From assembly GCF_009914755.1 (NCBI RefSeq), contig NC_060928.1: 64,000 nucleotides of DNA; one strand, written 5' to 3'. The DNA comes from the human T2T-CHM13v2.0 reference genome, Homo sapiens. A model generated the notes under the pieces. That model made no database searches. It was not told where the DNA came from and was given only the letters and a program-made list of their open reading frames with translations. Made by a program: the position numbers and the translations under genes. Every line of letters begins with the position of its first letter. Position 1 is the stretch's first letter. This document shows, piece by piece, positions 31,390 to 45,404 of the stretch.

Positions 31390-32262
31390 TTTTTTTTTAT
31401 TTTACTTTAAGTTCCAGATACATGTGCAGAACGTGCAGGTTTGTTAAATAGGTATACATATGCCATGGTGGTTTGCTGTACCTATTGACCCGTCCTCTAA
31501 GTTCCTTCCCCTCACCCCTCAGCTCACAACAGGCCCTGGGTGTGATGTTTCCCTCTCTGTGTCCATGTGTTCTCATTGTTCAACTCCCACTTATGAGTGA
31601 AAATCTGACAAAAGTCTAATATCCAGAATTTACAACAAACTTAAACAAATTTACAAGGAAAAAACAAACAACCCCATCAAAAGAGGGAGAAGGATATAAA
31701 CAGATACTTCTCAAAAGAAGACATTTAGTGGCCAATAAACATATGTAAAAAAGCTCAACATCACTGATCATTAGAGAAATGCATATCAAAACCCCAATGA
31801 GATACCATCTCATGCCAGTCAGAATGGCGATTATTAAAATGTCAAGAAACAATAGATGCTGGTGAGGCTGTGGAGAAACTGGAATGCTTTTACACTGTTG
31901 GTGTGAATGTAAATTAGTTCAACCATTGTGGAAGACAGTGTGGTGATTCCTCAACGATCTAGAACCAGAAATATCATTTAACCCAGTAATCCCATTACTG
32001 GGTATATACCCAAAGGAATATAAATTATTTGACTATAAAGACACATGCACACATATGTTTATTGCAGCACTATTTACAATAGCAAAGTCATGGAACCAAG
32101 CTAAGTGTCCATCAATAATAGACTGGATAAAGAAAATGTGGGACATAAACACCATGGAATGCTATTCAGCCATAAAAAGGAATGAGATCATGTCCTTTGC
32201 AAGGACATGGATTAAGCTGGAAGCCATCATCCTCAGCAAACTAACACAGGAAAAGAAAACCA
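31390..32262 (-). mobile_element. 5'-inverted (twin-primed) truncated L1PA8/8A-like element
   Basis: 31390-31600 is antisense polyA/3' UTR; ~31603-32262 is the adjacent upstream ORF2 end in the opposite orientation. Confidence 0.9.
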
Positions 32263-33200
32263 GCTCTTGTACAAGATCATCATGGTGGTACCTCTAGAAG
32301 TCTGCAAGAACCATAGTGTTACTGGGTTTGGGGTGTGCCCTAATGCATAAACAGCTTAGCTCACAATACCAAAGTCATTTCAAATAACTGGAAAGCCTTC
32401 CCAAGAAGGATGGTTATAAATAAGCCCAGACAGTGATGACTACAATGACTACCTAACTCTTCAATGCCCAGACACCAAAAAACATACAATGGAGACACAC
32501 ACACACAAAAAAGCAAGACACTAAATTAAATCACCAGCTAAAATCAATCACCTTCACTATAAGGAAGACATAAAGGAAAGAAAAAAGCAAGGGAAGATGA
32601 CAAAGCAATCAGAAAACAAATAACTGAATGGCAGGAGTAAGTCCTTACTTATCAATAACAACATTGAATGTAAATGGACTAAACACTCCAATGAAAAGAC
32701 ACAGATTAGCTGAATGGATGAAGAAACACACTTCACCTATAAAGACACACCTAGACTAAAAATCAAAGGATGAATAAAGTTATTCCATGTCAATGGAAAC
32801 CAAAAAATAGCAGGAGTTGTTGTATTTATATTAGAAAAAATAGATGTCAAGACCAAAACTATAAGAAGAGACAAAAAAATCACTATATAAAGATAAAGAG
32901 GTCATTTCAGTAAGAGAATATAACAATTTTAACTACATATTCACCCAACACTGGAGCATGCAGATACATAAAGAAAATATTATTAGAACAAAAGGTAGAG
33001 ATAAGCCCCAATACAATCATAGCTGGATACTTTGACACCTCACTTTAAGCATTGGACAGATCTTCCAAACAGAAAATTAACAAAGAAACATTAGACTTAA
33101 TCTGCATTGTAGACCAAAAGATTTAATAGACATATACAGAACATTCCATCCAAGAGCTGCAGAATATACATTATTTTTCTCAGTGCATGGATCATTCTCT
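32263..33200 (+). mobile_element. L1MA-type fragment (right half of host L1): end of 5' UTR, ORF1 deleted, start of ORF2
   Basis: ggtacctctagaagtctgcaagaacc; ORF2 start atggcaggagtaagtccttac at ~32628. Confidence 0.8.
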
Positions 33201-36200
33201 TTATAAATATAATATCTGTTAATAGTATATTTACAATAAAAAATATTAAATATATTGTTTCATAAAATAAAAAAAATTTAAATTTTACATTTTTTCTAGA
33301 AAAATTTTAATACATTCTAAATTGTTCATTTTATTTAGAGATGGGCGCAATTTTTCACTAGTTAACTAAATTTATTTTATAATTGTTTTGTGGGTGAAAT
33401 TATTGAAACATTGCCAGGCCAGCCACTATTTTAAAATTGTAATAGCTAGCACATTTGGAAAATTTATAGATGTAGAAAAGTAATTTAGATACAGAGTTAA
33501 ATTTCAGCAAAGTAGAACTGTGAAAAAAATTATGACCACTAAATAAGTGTGTTTTTCTTGTTTTAAAGCTTTTATCAAATTTTCTCAGAAAATGTTTAAT
33601 TTTCTGAGAAAAACACATTAATTAATTACATATAAAAATGTTGTTCTGTAAATAGTTCAACTTGTAAAATATAGTTTTGCTTGTAGATATTACATTAAAT
33701 ATTTTCATAGGTTACATTATGAACACATCTATTAACATATTGATATTTTTTCATTTTATTTACTCATATTGATACTCTTATAATCCTGACACAACACTTT
33801 CTTAAAAGAAAGCCATTCTTAGTTAAAGTAATAACTAAGTTCAACATATACACATTAATTAAATGAGTAAATGAGTTCTTCAAAAGTTTTCTAGAAAATA
33901 TGCTGAAAATATTGTTAAAATATATAAAACTAATAAATTCGCATAATAAATAAATATAGATTCTCAACATATGTTACCTGAAATGCAATGCAATTTCAAG
34001 AAATATTTAATCATCGTATTAGAAAGGTAATTTGGTTATACTTAGATTAAGAATTGTATTAAAAAGTATTTTGTGTGAAACCATCAAATTCTATATAAAA
34101 TATTACATTACTAACCTAAACTTATCTAACTTAAAAAAGGAAAAAATTTGTGAGGATATTTTACATATTACTAATTTAAAAAATCAATTCACTTAAACCA
34201 TAATGTGTTTTTGTAATGTAAAAGGGATTTGCAGATTGAAAAGAAGCTATGAATAAAATATCAAAATACCAGTTATTATAGCTTGCCACATAATTTAGCC
34301 TTTTTTGTATTTCACCATTCCTTTTTTTAAAAAGGTATTAAAATATCACCTAGTGTGTTATTTTCTATTAATATTTGAGGCTCTATTATTTTTATTTGAA
34401 TTTTTCTTTTGCCCCAAAGAAATAGGTACCTATTGATTGCGAACGGAAAAATATGACACTATTTTTCTTTGAAAATATGTATCCATTTTTGTGATCTTTA
34501 CAGCTACTAGTGAGCAAGAAGCTCTTTTAAAATATTGTGAAGCCTATATTTTGTATAATAAACAACATTCTGTAAGTCATTACTCTTGTGATCTAGTTAG
34601 AAATTTCATGATATTTGATCAGGAATTAAGAGTGAGATGTATAGATTAGTATAAAAAGCCTGCATTATTATGAAAAGCCTCTATAGATTGGGAGAGACTA
34701 TTGTCACCAATGTAGTTTGTATACATTCAAAGTGGCCTTCAGTATTGGATTTTCTTTGGAAATCTGTATTCTTGGAGAGTTACCAACAATTTTAGTACAT
34801 ACAAAAGAGAGCATAAGAATCATTGAAATTAAGCCATGTGAACACCAGTTCATTTGTTTTACAGAGTTCTAGAGTGAGACAAGTTCTTCGTGTCTAATAT
34901 GTGAAGATTTCCTGTGCAAAATTTTTGTTTTGTATTAATTCAGAACAGAGAGGACATTCCCAGGCAAGATGACCGAATAGTAACAGCTCCAGTCTGCAGC
35001 TCCCAGAGAGATCAATGCAGAAGGTTGCTGATTTCTGCATTTCCAACTGAGATACCTGGCTTATCTCATTGGGACTGGTTAGACAGTGAGTGCAGCACAT
35101 GGAGGGTAAGCAGATATAGGTTGGGCCATTGCCTCACCCAAGAAGCACAAGGGGTTGGGGAATTCCCTCACCTAGCCAAGGGAAGCCTTGAGGGACCTTG
35201 CTGTGAGGGACAGTGCTATCTGGCCCAGATACTATGCTTTCCCTATGGTCTTCACAACCCGCAGATCAGGAGATTCCCTTGGGTGCCTACACCACAAGGG
35301 CCCTGGGTTTCAAGCACAAAACTGGTTGGCTGTTTGGGAAGACACCGAGCTAGCTGCAGGAACTTTTTTCCTACCCCAGTGGTGCCTGGAACACCAGCAA
35401 GACAGAACTGTTCACTCCTCTGGAAAGGGGGCTGAAGCCAGGGAGCCAAGTGGTCTTGCTCAGTGGATCCCACCCCTATGGAGCCCAGCAAGCTAAGGTC
35501 CACTGGCTTCAAATTCTCACTGCCAGCGCAGCAGTCTGAAGTCAGCCTGGGACTCTCGAGCTTGGTAGGGGGGAGGGGAGACTGCTATTACTGAGGTTTG
35601 AGTAAGTTGTTTTCCACTCACAGTGTAAACAAAGCCACAGGGAAGTTCAGACTGGGTGGGGCCCACCGCAGCACCAGGAAGCCATTGTAGCCAGACTGAC
35701 TCTCTAGATTCCTCCTCTCTGGGCAGGGCATTTCTAAAAGAATGGCAGCAGCCCCTGTCAGGGGCTTATAGATAAAACTCCCATCTCCCTGGGACAGAGA
35801 AACTGGGGGAAGGGGTGGCTGTGGGCACAGATTCAGTAGACTTAAACGTTCCTGCCTGCTGGCTTTGAAGAGAGCAGTGGATTACCCAGCACAGTGCTGA
35901 AGCTCTCCTAAGGCACAGACTGCCTCCTTTTGTGGGTCCCTGATCCCCATGCCTCCAGATGGTGAGATACCTCCCAGCAGCGATCAACAGACACCTCATA
36001 CAGGAGAGCTCTAGCTGGCATCTGGTGGGACAAAGCTTTCAGAGGAAGGAGCAGGCAGCAATCTTTGCTGTTCTGTAGCCTCTGCTGGTGATATCCAGGC
36101 AAACAGGGTCTGGAGTGGACCCTCAGCAAATTCCAGTAGACCTTCTGAAGAGGGGCCTGACTGTTAGAAGGAAAACTAACAAACAGAAATCAACATCAAA

Positions 36201-36275
36201 AAAAAGAATGACCATGCAAAAACTCCATCTGAAGGTCACCAACAGCAAAGACCAAAGGTAGATAAATCCAAGAAG

Positions 36276-37298
36276 ATGAGGAAAAACCAGTGCAAAAAGG
36301 CTGAAAATTCCAGAAACCAAAATGGCCCTTCTTCCCCAAAGGATCACAACTCCTCGCCAGCAAAGGAACAAAACTGGATGGAGAATGAGTTGTACAAATT
36401 GACAGAAGTAGGCTTCTGAAGGTTGGCAATAACCAACTCCTCTGAGCTAAAGGAGCATGTTCTAATCCAATGCAAGAAAGCTAAGAACCTTGATAAAAGG
36501 TTGGAGGAATTGCTAACTAGAATAATCAGCTTAGAGAAGAACATAAATGACCTGATGGAGCTGAAAAACACACCACAAGAACTTTGTGAAGCATACACAA
36601 GTATCAATAGCTGAATCAACCAAGCAGAAGAAAGGATATCAGAGATTGACGATCCACTTAATGAAATAAAGCATGAAGACGTGATTAAAGAAAAAATGAA
36701 AATGAATGAGCAAACCCTCCAAGAAATATGGGACTATGTAAAAAGACCAAACCTACATTTGATTGCTGTACCTGACAGTGACGGGGAGAATGGAACCATG
36801 TTGGAAAACACACTTCAAATTATTATCCAGGAGAACTTCCCCAAATTGGTAAGACAGGCCAACATTCAAATTCAGGAAATACAGAGAACACCACTAAGAT
36901 ACTCCTCGAGAAGAGCACCCACAAGACACATAATTGTCAGATTCACCAAGGCTGAAATGAAGGAAAATATGTTAAGGGCGGCCATACAGAAAGGTCAGGT
37001 TACCACCAAAGGGAAGCCCATCCAACTAACAGCGGATCTCTCTGCAGAAACCATACAAGCCAGAAGAAAGTGAGGGCCAATATTCAACATTCTTAAAGAA
37101 AAGCATTTTCAACCCAGAATTTCATATCCAGCAAAACTAAGCTTCGTAAGTGAAGGAGAAATAAAATCCTTTACAGACAAGCAAATGCTAAGGGATTTTG
37201 TCACCACTAGGACTGCCTTACAAGAGCTCCTGAAGGAAGCACTAAATATGGAAAGTAAAAACCAGTATCAGCCACTGCAAAAACAAAGCAAAATGTAA
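36276..37298 (+). pseudogene. ORF1: L1 ORF1p pseudogene
   Basis: ATG AGG AAA AAC start; fragment LQEIWDYVKRPNL; internal stops. Confidence 0.9.
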
Positions 37299-37361
37299 AT
37301 ACCATTGACACTATGAAAAAATTGCATTAACCAATGGGCAAAAGAACAGGCTAGCATCAAA

Positions 37362-40300
37362 ATAACAGGTTCAAATTCACATATAACAATATTAATCTTA
37401 AATGTAAATAAGCTAAATGCCCCAACTAAAAGGCACAGATTGGCAAATTGGATAGAGCCAAGACCTATCGGCCTGCTGTATTCAGCACAACCATCTCATG
37501 TGCAAAGACACACATAGGCTCAAAATAAAGGGATGAAGAAGGTTCACAAAGCAAATGGAAAGGAAAAAAAAAAAAAGCAGGTGTTGCCATCCTAGTGTAT
37601 GATATAACAGACTTTAAACCAACAAAGACCAAAAAAGACAAAGAAGGGCATTACATAATGGTAAAGGGATCAATTCAACGAGAAGAGCTAACTATCCTAA
37701 ATATATACACATCCAATACATGAGCACCAAGATTCATAAAGCAAGTTCTTAGAGACCAGCAAAGAGACTTAGACTCCCACACAATACTAGCTAGAGACTT
37801 TAACAACCCACTGTCAATATTAGACAGATCAACGAAACAGAAGATTAACACGAATATTCAGGACTTGAACTCAGCTCTGGACCAAGCAGACCCAATAGAC
37901 ATCTACAAGTCTCCACCCCAAATCAACAGAATATACATTCTTCTCAGCACCACATCACACTTATTCCAAAATTGACTGCATAGTTGGAAGTAAAACATTC
38001 CTGAGCAAATGCAAAAGAACAGAAATCAAAACAAACAGTTTCTTAGACCACAGTGCAATCAAATTAGAACTCAGGATTAAGAAACTCACTCAAAACTGCA
38101 CAACTACATGGAAATTGAACAACCTGCTCCTGATTGACTACTTGGTAAATAATGAAATTAAGGCAGAAATAAATAAATTCTTTGAAACCAATGAGAACAA
38201 AGAACCAACGTACTAGAATCTCTATGACACAGCTAAGGCAGTGTTTAGAGGGAAATTTATAGTACTAAATGCCCACAGGAGAAAGTGGGAAAGATCTAAA
38301 ATGCACACCTTAACATCACAATTAAAAAAACTAGAGATGCAAAAGCAAACAAATTCAAAGCTAGCAGAAGACAAGAAATAACTAAGATCAGAGCAGAACT
38401 GAAGGAGATAGAGACATGAAAAACCCTCCAAAAAATCAATGAATCCAGGAGCTGGTTCTTTGAAAAGATTAACAAAATAGACAGACCACTAGCCAGACTA
38501 ATAAAGAAGAAAAGAGAGAAGAATCAAATAAACACAATAAAAAATGGTAATGGGAAGATCACCACTGATCCCACAGAAATAGAAACTACCATCAGAAAAT
38601 ACTATAAACACCTCTATGCAAATAAAGTAGAAAATCTAGAAGAAATAGGTAAATTCCTGGACACATACACCCTCCCAAGACTAAACCAGGAAGAAGTCAA
38701 ATCCCTGAATAGACCAATAGCAAGTTCTGAAATTGAGGCAGCAATTAATAGCCTACCAACTAAAAAAGCCCATGACCAGACGGATTCACAGCTGAATTCT
38801 ATCAGAGGTATAAAGGGGAGCTGGTACCATTCCTTCTGAAACTATTCCAAACAATAGAAAAAGAGGAGCTCCTCCCTAACTCATTTTATGAGGCCAGCAT
38901 CATCCTGATACCAAAATCTGGCAGAGACACAACAACAACAAAAAATTTTAGGCCAATATCCCTGATGAACATCGATGCAAAAATCATCAATAAAATACTG
39001 GCAAACCAAATCCAGCAGCACATTAAAAAGCTTATCCACCACAATCAAGTTGGCTTCTTCCGTAGGATGCAAGGCTGATTCAACATACACAAATCAATAA
39101 ACGTAATCCATCACATTAACAGAACCAATGACAAAAAATACATGAGTATCTCAATAGATGCTGAAAAGGCCTTTGATAAAATTCAACACCCCATCATGCT
39201 AAAAACACTCAATAAACTAGTTATTGATGGAACATATCTCAAAATAATAAGAGCTATTTACGACAAACCCACAGCCAATATCATACTGAATGGGCAAAAA
39301 CTGGAAGCATTCCCTTTGAAAACTGGTACAAGACAAGGATGCCGTCTCCCGCCACTCCTATTCAACACAGTATTTGAAGTTCTGGCCAGGGCAATCAGGC
39401 AAGAGAAAGAAAGTGCATTCAAATAGGAAGAGAGGAAGTCAAATTGTCTTTGGCTGCAGATGACATGATTGTATATTTAGAAAACTCCTCAGTATCAGCC
39501 CAAAAATTTCACAATCTGATAAACAACTTCAGCAAAGTCTCAGGATACAAAATCAAAGTGCAAAAATCACAAGCATTCCTATACACCAATAATAGCCAAA
39601 CAGAGAGCCAAATCATGAGTGAACTTCTATTCACAATTGCTAAAAAGATAATAAAATACCTAGGAATCCAACTTACAAGAGATGTGAAGGACCTCTTCAA
39701 GGAGAATGACAAACAACTGCTAAAAGAAATAAGAGAGGAGACAAATAAATGGCAACACCTTCCATGCTCATGGATTGGAAGAATCAATATCATGAAAATG
39801 GCCATACTGCCAAAAGTAATTTATATATTCAATGCTATCCCCAACAAGCTACCATTGACTTTCTTCACAGAATTAGAGAAAACTACTTTAAATTTCATAT
39901 GGAACCCAAAAAGAGCCCATGTAACCAAGATAGTCCTAAGCAAAAGGAACAAAGCTGGAGGCATCACGCTACCTGACTTCAAACTACGCTACAAAGCTAC
40001 AGTAACCAAAACAACATGGTACTGGTACCAAGACAGATATATAGACCAATGGAATAGAACAGAGGCCTCAGAAATAACACCAAACATCTACAACCATCTG
40101 ATCTTTGACAAACCTGACAAAAACAAACAATGGAAAAAGATTCCCTATTTAATAAATGGTGTTGGGAAAACTGGCTAGCCATATGCAGAAAACAGAAACT
40201 GGACCCCTTCCTTACACCTTATATAAAAATTAATTCAAGATGGATTAAAGATTTAAACATAAGACCCAAAACCATAAAAACCCTAGAAGAAACCTTAGGT

Positions 40301-41175
40301 AATACCACTCAGGACATAGGCATAGGCAAAGACTTCATGACTAAAACATCAAAAGCAATTGCAACACAAGCCAAAATTGACAATTGGGATGTAATTAAAC
40401 TAAAGAGCTTCTGCACAACAAAAGAAACTAACATCAGAGTGAACAGGCAACCTACAGAATGGGAGAAATTTTTTGCAATCTATGCATCTGAAAAAGTGCT
40501 AATATCCAGAATCTACAAGGAACTTAAATTTTCAAGAAAAAAACAAACAGTCCTATCAAAAAGTGGGCAAAGAATATGAACAGACACTTTTCAAAATAAG
40601 ACATTTATGCAGCCAGTAAACATATGAAAAAAATCTCACCATCACTGGTCATTAGAGAAATACAAATCAAAACCACAATGGGATACCATCTCACCAGTTA
40701 AAAAGGTGATCATTAAAAAGACAGGAAACAACAGATGCTTGAGACGATGTGGAGAAATAGGAACACTTTTACACTGTTGGTGGGAGTGTAATTAGTTCAA
40801 CCATTGTGGAAGACAGTGTGGCGATTCCTCAAGGACCTAGAACTAGAAATACCATTTTCCTCAGCAATCTCATTACTGGGTATATACCCAAAGGATTGTA
40901 AATCATTCTGCCATAAACACACATGCACACATATGTTTATTGCAGCACTGTTCACAATAGCAAAAACTTGGAACCAACCCAAATGCCCATTAATGTTAGA
41001 CTAGGTAGAGAAAATGTGTCACATATACACCATGGAATACTATGCAGCCATAAAAAAGATTGAGTTCATGTCCTTTGCAGGGACATGAATGAAACTGGAA
41101 ACCATCATTCTGAGCAAACTAACACAGTAACAGGAAACCAAACACCGCATGTTCTCACTCATAAGTGGGAGTTGA
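37362..41175 (+). pseudogene. ORF2: L1 ORF2p pseudogene
   Basis: Start codon changed to ATA; fragments [16 protein letters not shown] (for FADD) and PDFKL; many disruptions. Confidence 0.92.
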
Positions 41176-42063
41176 ACAATGAGAACATATGGGCACAGGG
41201 AGGGGAACATTACACACCAGGGCCTGTCAGGGGATGGGGGGCTAGGGGATGGATAGCATTAGCAGAAACACCTAATGTAGATGACGGGTTGATGGATGCA
41301 AAGAATCATCGTGGCACATGTATACCTATGTAACAAACCTGGACGATCTGCACATGTATCCCAGAACTTAAAGTAAAATAAATAAATAAATAAATAACTG
41401 AGAAAATTATCTAAAAGTAGAAAATATCAAAAATGCTAATTTCCAATAAAAAATAGAAATTTGCAAAATACAACAGAACTCTGCAGTATTATTTGTTAAG
41501 GCAATGAGATTGAAAATACTATCTTTTGAAAATAACCATAAGCAACTGACCAATATGCAACGGTTCTTTTTAAGTGAGAGGGTTACTATCAAAAATAAAT
41601 TCTTATATTGATTATATTACTATAGTAATGGAAACATGATAATTCATACTAAATTAGGCAGAAATGCTAGTAAGATTGTAAATTTAGGGATTGTAGTAAT
41701 AATATTTGAAATTCTTATTTTTCAAAGTGCTATGCTGCCAAATTAAATCTTGAATGGAAATTGATGTTTCATTTGATTCTATAATTATTGACTTTGTCAT
41801 GAACTTGCTACTCACTGAAGATAGTCATAAATGATTGCCAGCTGTGGACAGCAGGTAGAGAAGTTGCAAATTGAGCAGTAATTTCAACCTCCTATTCAGG
41901 ATTCTCTGAATGAATGCTGTAGAAATGATAGGGACTGTCATTTTGAGCCTTATTTATAATCACTATACAATCTCAGCCATTCAAAGCAACTGTTTATATG
42001 ATCGCAATTGAATATTACTAATTAAAACTTATAAAATGGGCATGCCACTTTAAAACAAAAAAG

Positions 42064-42096
42064 TCCCACTTATGAGTGAGAACATGTGGTGGTTTT
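42064..42096 (-). mobile_element. Isolated ~30 bp L1PA fragment
   Basis: tcccacttatgagtgagaacatg is the exact reverse complement of catgttctcactcataagtggga at 41148-41170. Confidence 0.75.
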
Positions 42097-43496
42097 TATT
42101 TTATTTTAAAATAAAAAGTCTTGTACTTTTCTTCTTTGGTATCTAAAAATCTATATTTTAATTGGTGGAAAATTCTTAAAAATGAATGACTATTTTCTCA
42201 TAAACTAATAAAAGAGCACTAAGAATTACATTAACATTGTATATTATTCCAAAACATTTGTGAGTGCAGCCTGAAATTTCCTATGAAAATATGCTTGTCT
42301 TTTCTCCAATGTGGAGTGAAAGACAAACCTTGCTAGAGAAGAGGAGATTCAATTCTGAAATATTTGTACTCAATGTATATTTAACAATGTAAATTGTAGC
42401 CTGGCTTAATAGTTTAAAACACATTTAAAATTATGTTATGGCTTTATGTTCTGAGATTATTAATTTGCTGAAAATGTGTATTTTTAGGCTATAATTGGTC
42501 ATTATTTTGCTGAAGTAAAACATCTTTTGCCTACAGTATTGAATATATACATTTATTTTTGTCGGCAAAAAATCAGTATTATCTGCAAGAAGCATCAGTT
42601 ACCAAGTGAAAGAATATAAGGTAAAATAATTAGGAAATAGATAACCTACTTAGACTACCATTTTCTGATAGCAAAACAACAGATTTTACTTTCTCTTGAA
42701 ATTTAGTGACCTCACAAGAACATGGATTACCTGTAAATCATTTAGGCTTTAGGCTATTTTGGATTTGGAGTTACGATGTTCTTTGTATATTATGTTAAGA
42801 CTATGTGGAGTTGAATAGTGACCTAATGATTATTTCTCCAGTTAGGTTTGTCATTAATTTATTGCATTTTAGTAAGATTTCTATTTGTCTTTTGCTCCCC
42901 AACAATAAGCCAGATTCTATTTCTTGACAGAAGGCTTAGAAGGCAGAAACAACTTACACTTCTGTCTGTTTATGACACTCATTTGAATGATGTATTCATG
43001 AGTTGGCAGAGGTGCAGCCAGATAGCCTGGCATAGCTGATTATAATGTCTTAGCAAATGAAGAGAGCCCTAGGGCATTAAAAATTCTCAGCCATTAATAC
43101 TGGTTTTGCCACAAGGCAGTTACATAAACTGGCAGTTTGGAAGAGGCATGACTCCTTGCATACTCATACACTGATTACCTCTGAAATATCATTAATATTA
43201 CTAAGTTCTCATTTACTCATAGTCTAATATAAAGAGTCAGTCTTCCATTGTGGAAGCAGAATACATAAACTGATTATGTTGGTGTTAACATGATTTCTAC
43301 CACAATGCAATTCATCAGAATAAATATTTTTCTTTAAACAAAAATGATGAAAATATAGTAAAATGAGTGGGTTTTTCTTCCCAGTATAAACTATACAATT
43401 AACTACAATTTTGCCCATGAAAATGTTCTATAAATACAATAAAACTGTAATTAAAGAACACATGGATTATGTTTCCAAATTTTAGTCTCTAGAACT

Positions 43497-43944
43497 TGTC
43501 AAGCTAAGTAACACACAGACAGAGGCTACCTAAAAGAAAAAATGTATATTCGAAAATAAATCATTGCAATGTAAATACACATTCCATAATAACCTATGTA
43601 CATATTTAGGAGGTGAAAGGAAGACAGAGGTTTTTAAAGAAGAAAAATTAGGAGGATTATACAACTGTTTTGAAATAATTATTATTGGGTACAAAGATCA
43701 GTAGCGAGAAGGATGCCAGTTCCAGATTCTACATGGAATTGGAGGGCAGATGTCTTTGCAAAAATGCTTTTTGTGAAAGGTTGCAATGGCTTTTGTGCAA
43801 GGTTGTGTTTTTTGCAGTCCTTTATGATAGTTTTTGTTATCAGTCATACAAGCATGAGAACCCTCTTTCATGGGCGTCCCTGGCTCTCTTTGTCAGGGTT
43901 TTCTTAACATTAGTGATTCCATTTTAATTCTGACAACTTTCACA
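43497..43944 (-). mobile_element. MER67-like ERV1 solo LTR
   Basis: Minus strand begins tgtgaaagttgtcagaatt; TG...CA ends; perfect 4-bp TSD aact at 43493-43496 and 43945-43948. Confidence 0.85.
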
Positions 43945-44699
43945 AACTATATAAGGTTTCTTATAAAACAAATTTGAACTCAGAGATCATTAAGATTTTT
44001 AATAAAAGTAAATTCTATTAGAACACTAAATAACAATATTTTCATTAAAAATGTTTTAAAACAAGATGACATCTTATATAACAGCATGTAACAATGCTAA
44101 AATTGTTACAGTAAGAATACTTTACAATAAGTACATTGTAGAAAATATTTAATACTGGTTACATGTTGATGAGAAATGTGAAACTAAGTTGTTAAAGTAT
44201 TCAAAATTAATAATTTAAAGGCCACAATTATTTATATATTTCAATAATTAGAGTTACCCAATTAACCACAATTTTCTGAAATATCAAGGGCAATATTGGA
44301 ATCAATCTTCTGAAGTAAATTGGGTACCAATATTATACCTTAGGTCTATTTTTATATCCCATGGGGAAGATAGGTTTTCTGCCACCAAATCTTTAGTTTT
44401 AGATCAGAGCTAATTTATTAATATAGCAAATTGAAGAATAAGGCTTTAAGAAGTGAGTACTCGGTCATCCAATAACCTGGTTGCAGAATCCATCCTCCTA
44501 TATATTAAATCTAAATTCTTGAATTATATCTTATTTGAATAATTATATCAATATCATATTTGAATCTTTTTTAAGTTTCACATTCTGCATGCCCAAAATT
44601 GAGCAAAAACAAGTAGATGAGAAAAAGACTCTTAACCGTACTGATTATTGTTACTCTAAATAAATGACCACAAATCTCAGGCAAAATGTTTGAAATACC

Positions 44700-45400
44700 T
44701 TGCGATGCTTCTACTTTCTCTAATCAGTCATCTCTTCTAATCTCTGAGAATGATCTTTTATGTCTTCTTTACTTTCTCAACTCTATTATTACATTTGACT
44801 CAGGACATTGGTTTGTATTTCAATGAGAAAATTTAAGCAAACTAGTGAACTACTTCATGTTCTCAGCAGCAGATCCACTAATCTGACTAAAGCGATACAT
44901 GTATATTTTACCCGCTCTCTTGCTAGAACTGCTGAACTTCCTCGATGTGCCATGAATCCCATGTACTCTTGAAATTGAGGGAAATAGCTCTGATAATGCT
45001 TTATTTATATTCCTACTTCATCAAATTTTTGTTTCTTTTGCCTAGTAACCCTTATCCCATACCATATAAATAAATTTCCTGGAAACTATACCTACACCTT
45101 AAGGGGGTTCCTCAGTAGTCTGTTTATAACAAAACTTCTCCAAAAATTTGTACATAACATTTCTCAGTTATTTACCTTCCTGTTTCTTATTAACTAAATC
45201 CAGGACTTTTTTTTTTTCTACCACTCCACTGACGCTTGTGTATCAAGTTTAGGAACAGCTTCCATCTTGACCAGTCCAAAGTCCAATACTTTTACATTAG
45301 ATTACCTGACCTCCAAGGAGCATCAATGTCTCCTTCCTGAAATACTCTATTTGCATAGCTTCCTTGCCACAGCAGTGCCCTTATATTTTTTTCCCTTATC
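44700..45400 (+). mobile_element. L2 fragment
   Basis: accactccactgac...ccatcttgaccagtccaaag...ctccttcctgaaatactct. Confidence 0.6.
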
Positions 45401-45404
45401 TGGC

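Larger units (their letters stand above)
34955..41397 (+). mobile_element. Full-length L1PA7/8-like LINE-1, inactivated
   Basis: ggcaagatgaccgaatag 5' end, ~1.3 kb 5' UTR, ORF1, ORF2, 3' UTR ending cccagaacttaaagtaaaa plus (TAAA)n tail. Confidence 0.95.

Noticed and set aside
34942-34952. TSD for the L1PA7/8 (agaacagaga vs ataactgaga at ~41394)
   Set aside because: Only 8/10 in A-rich sequence; not reliable
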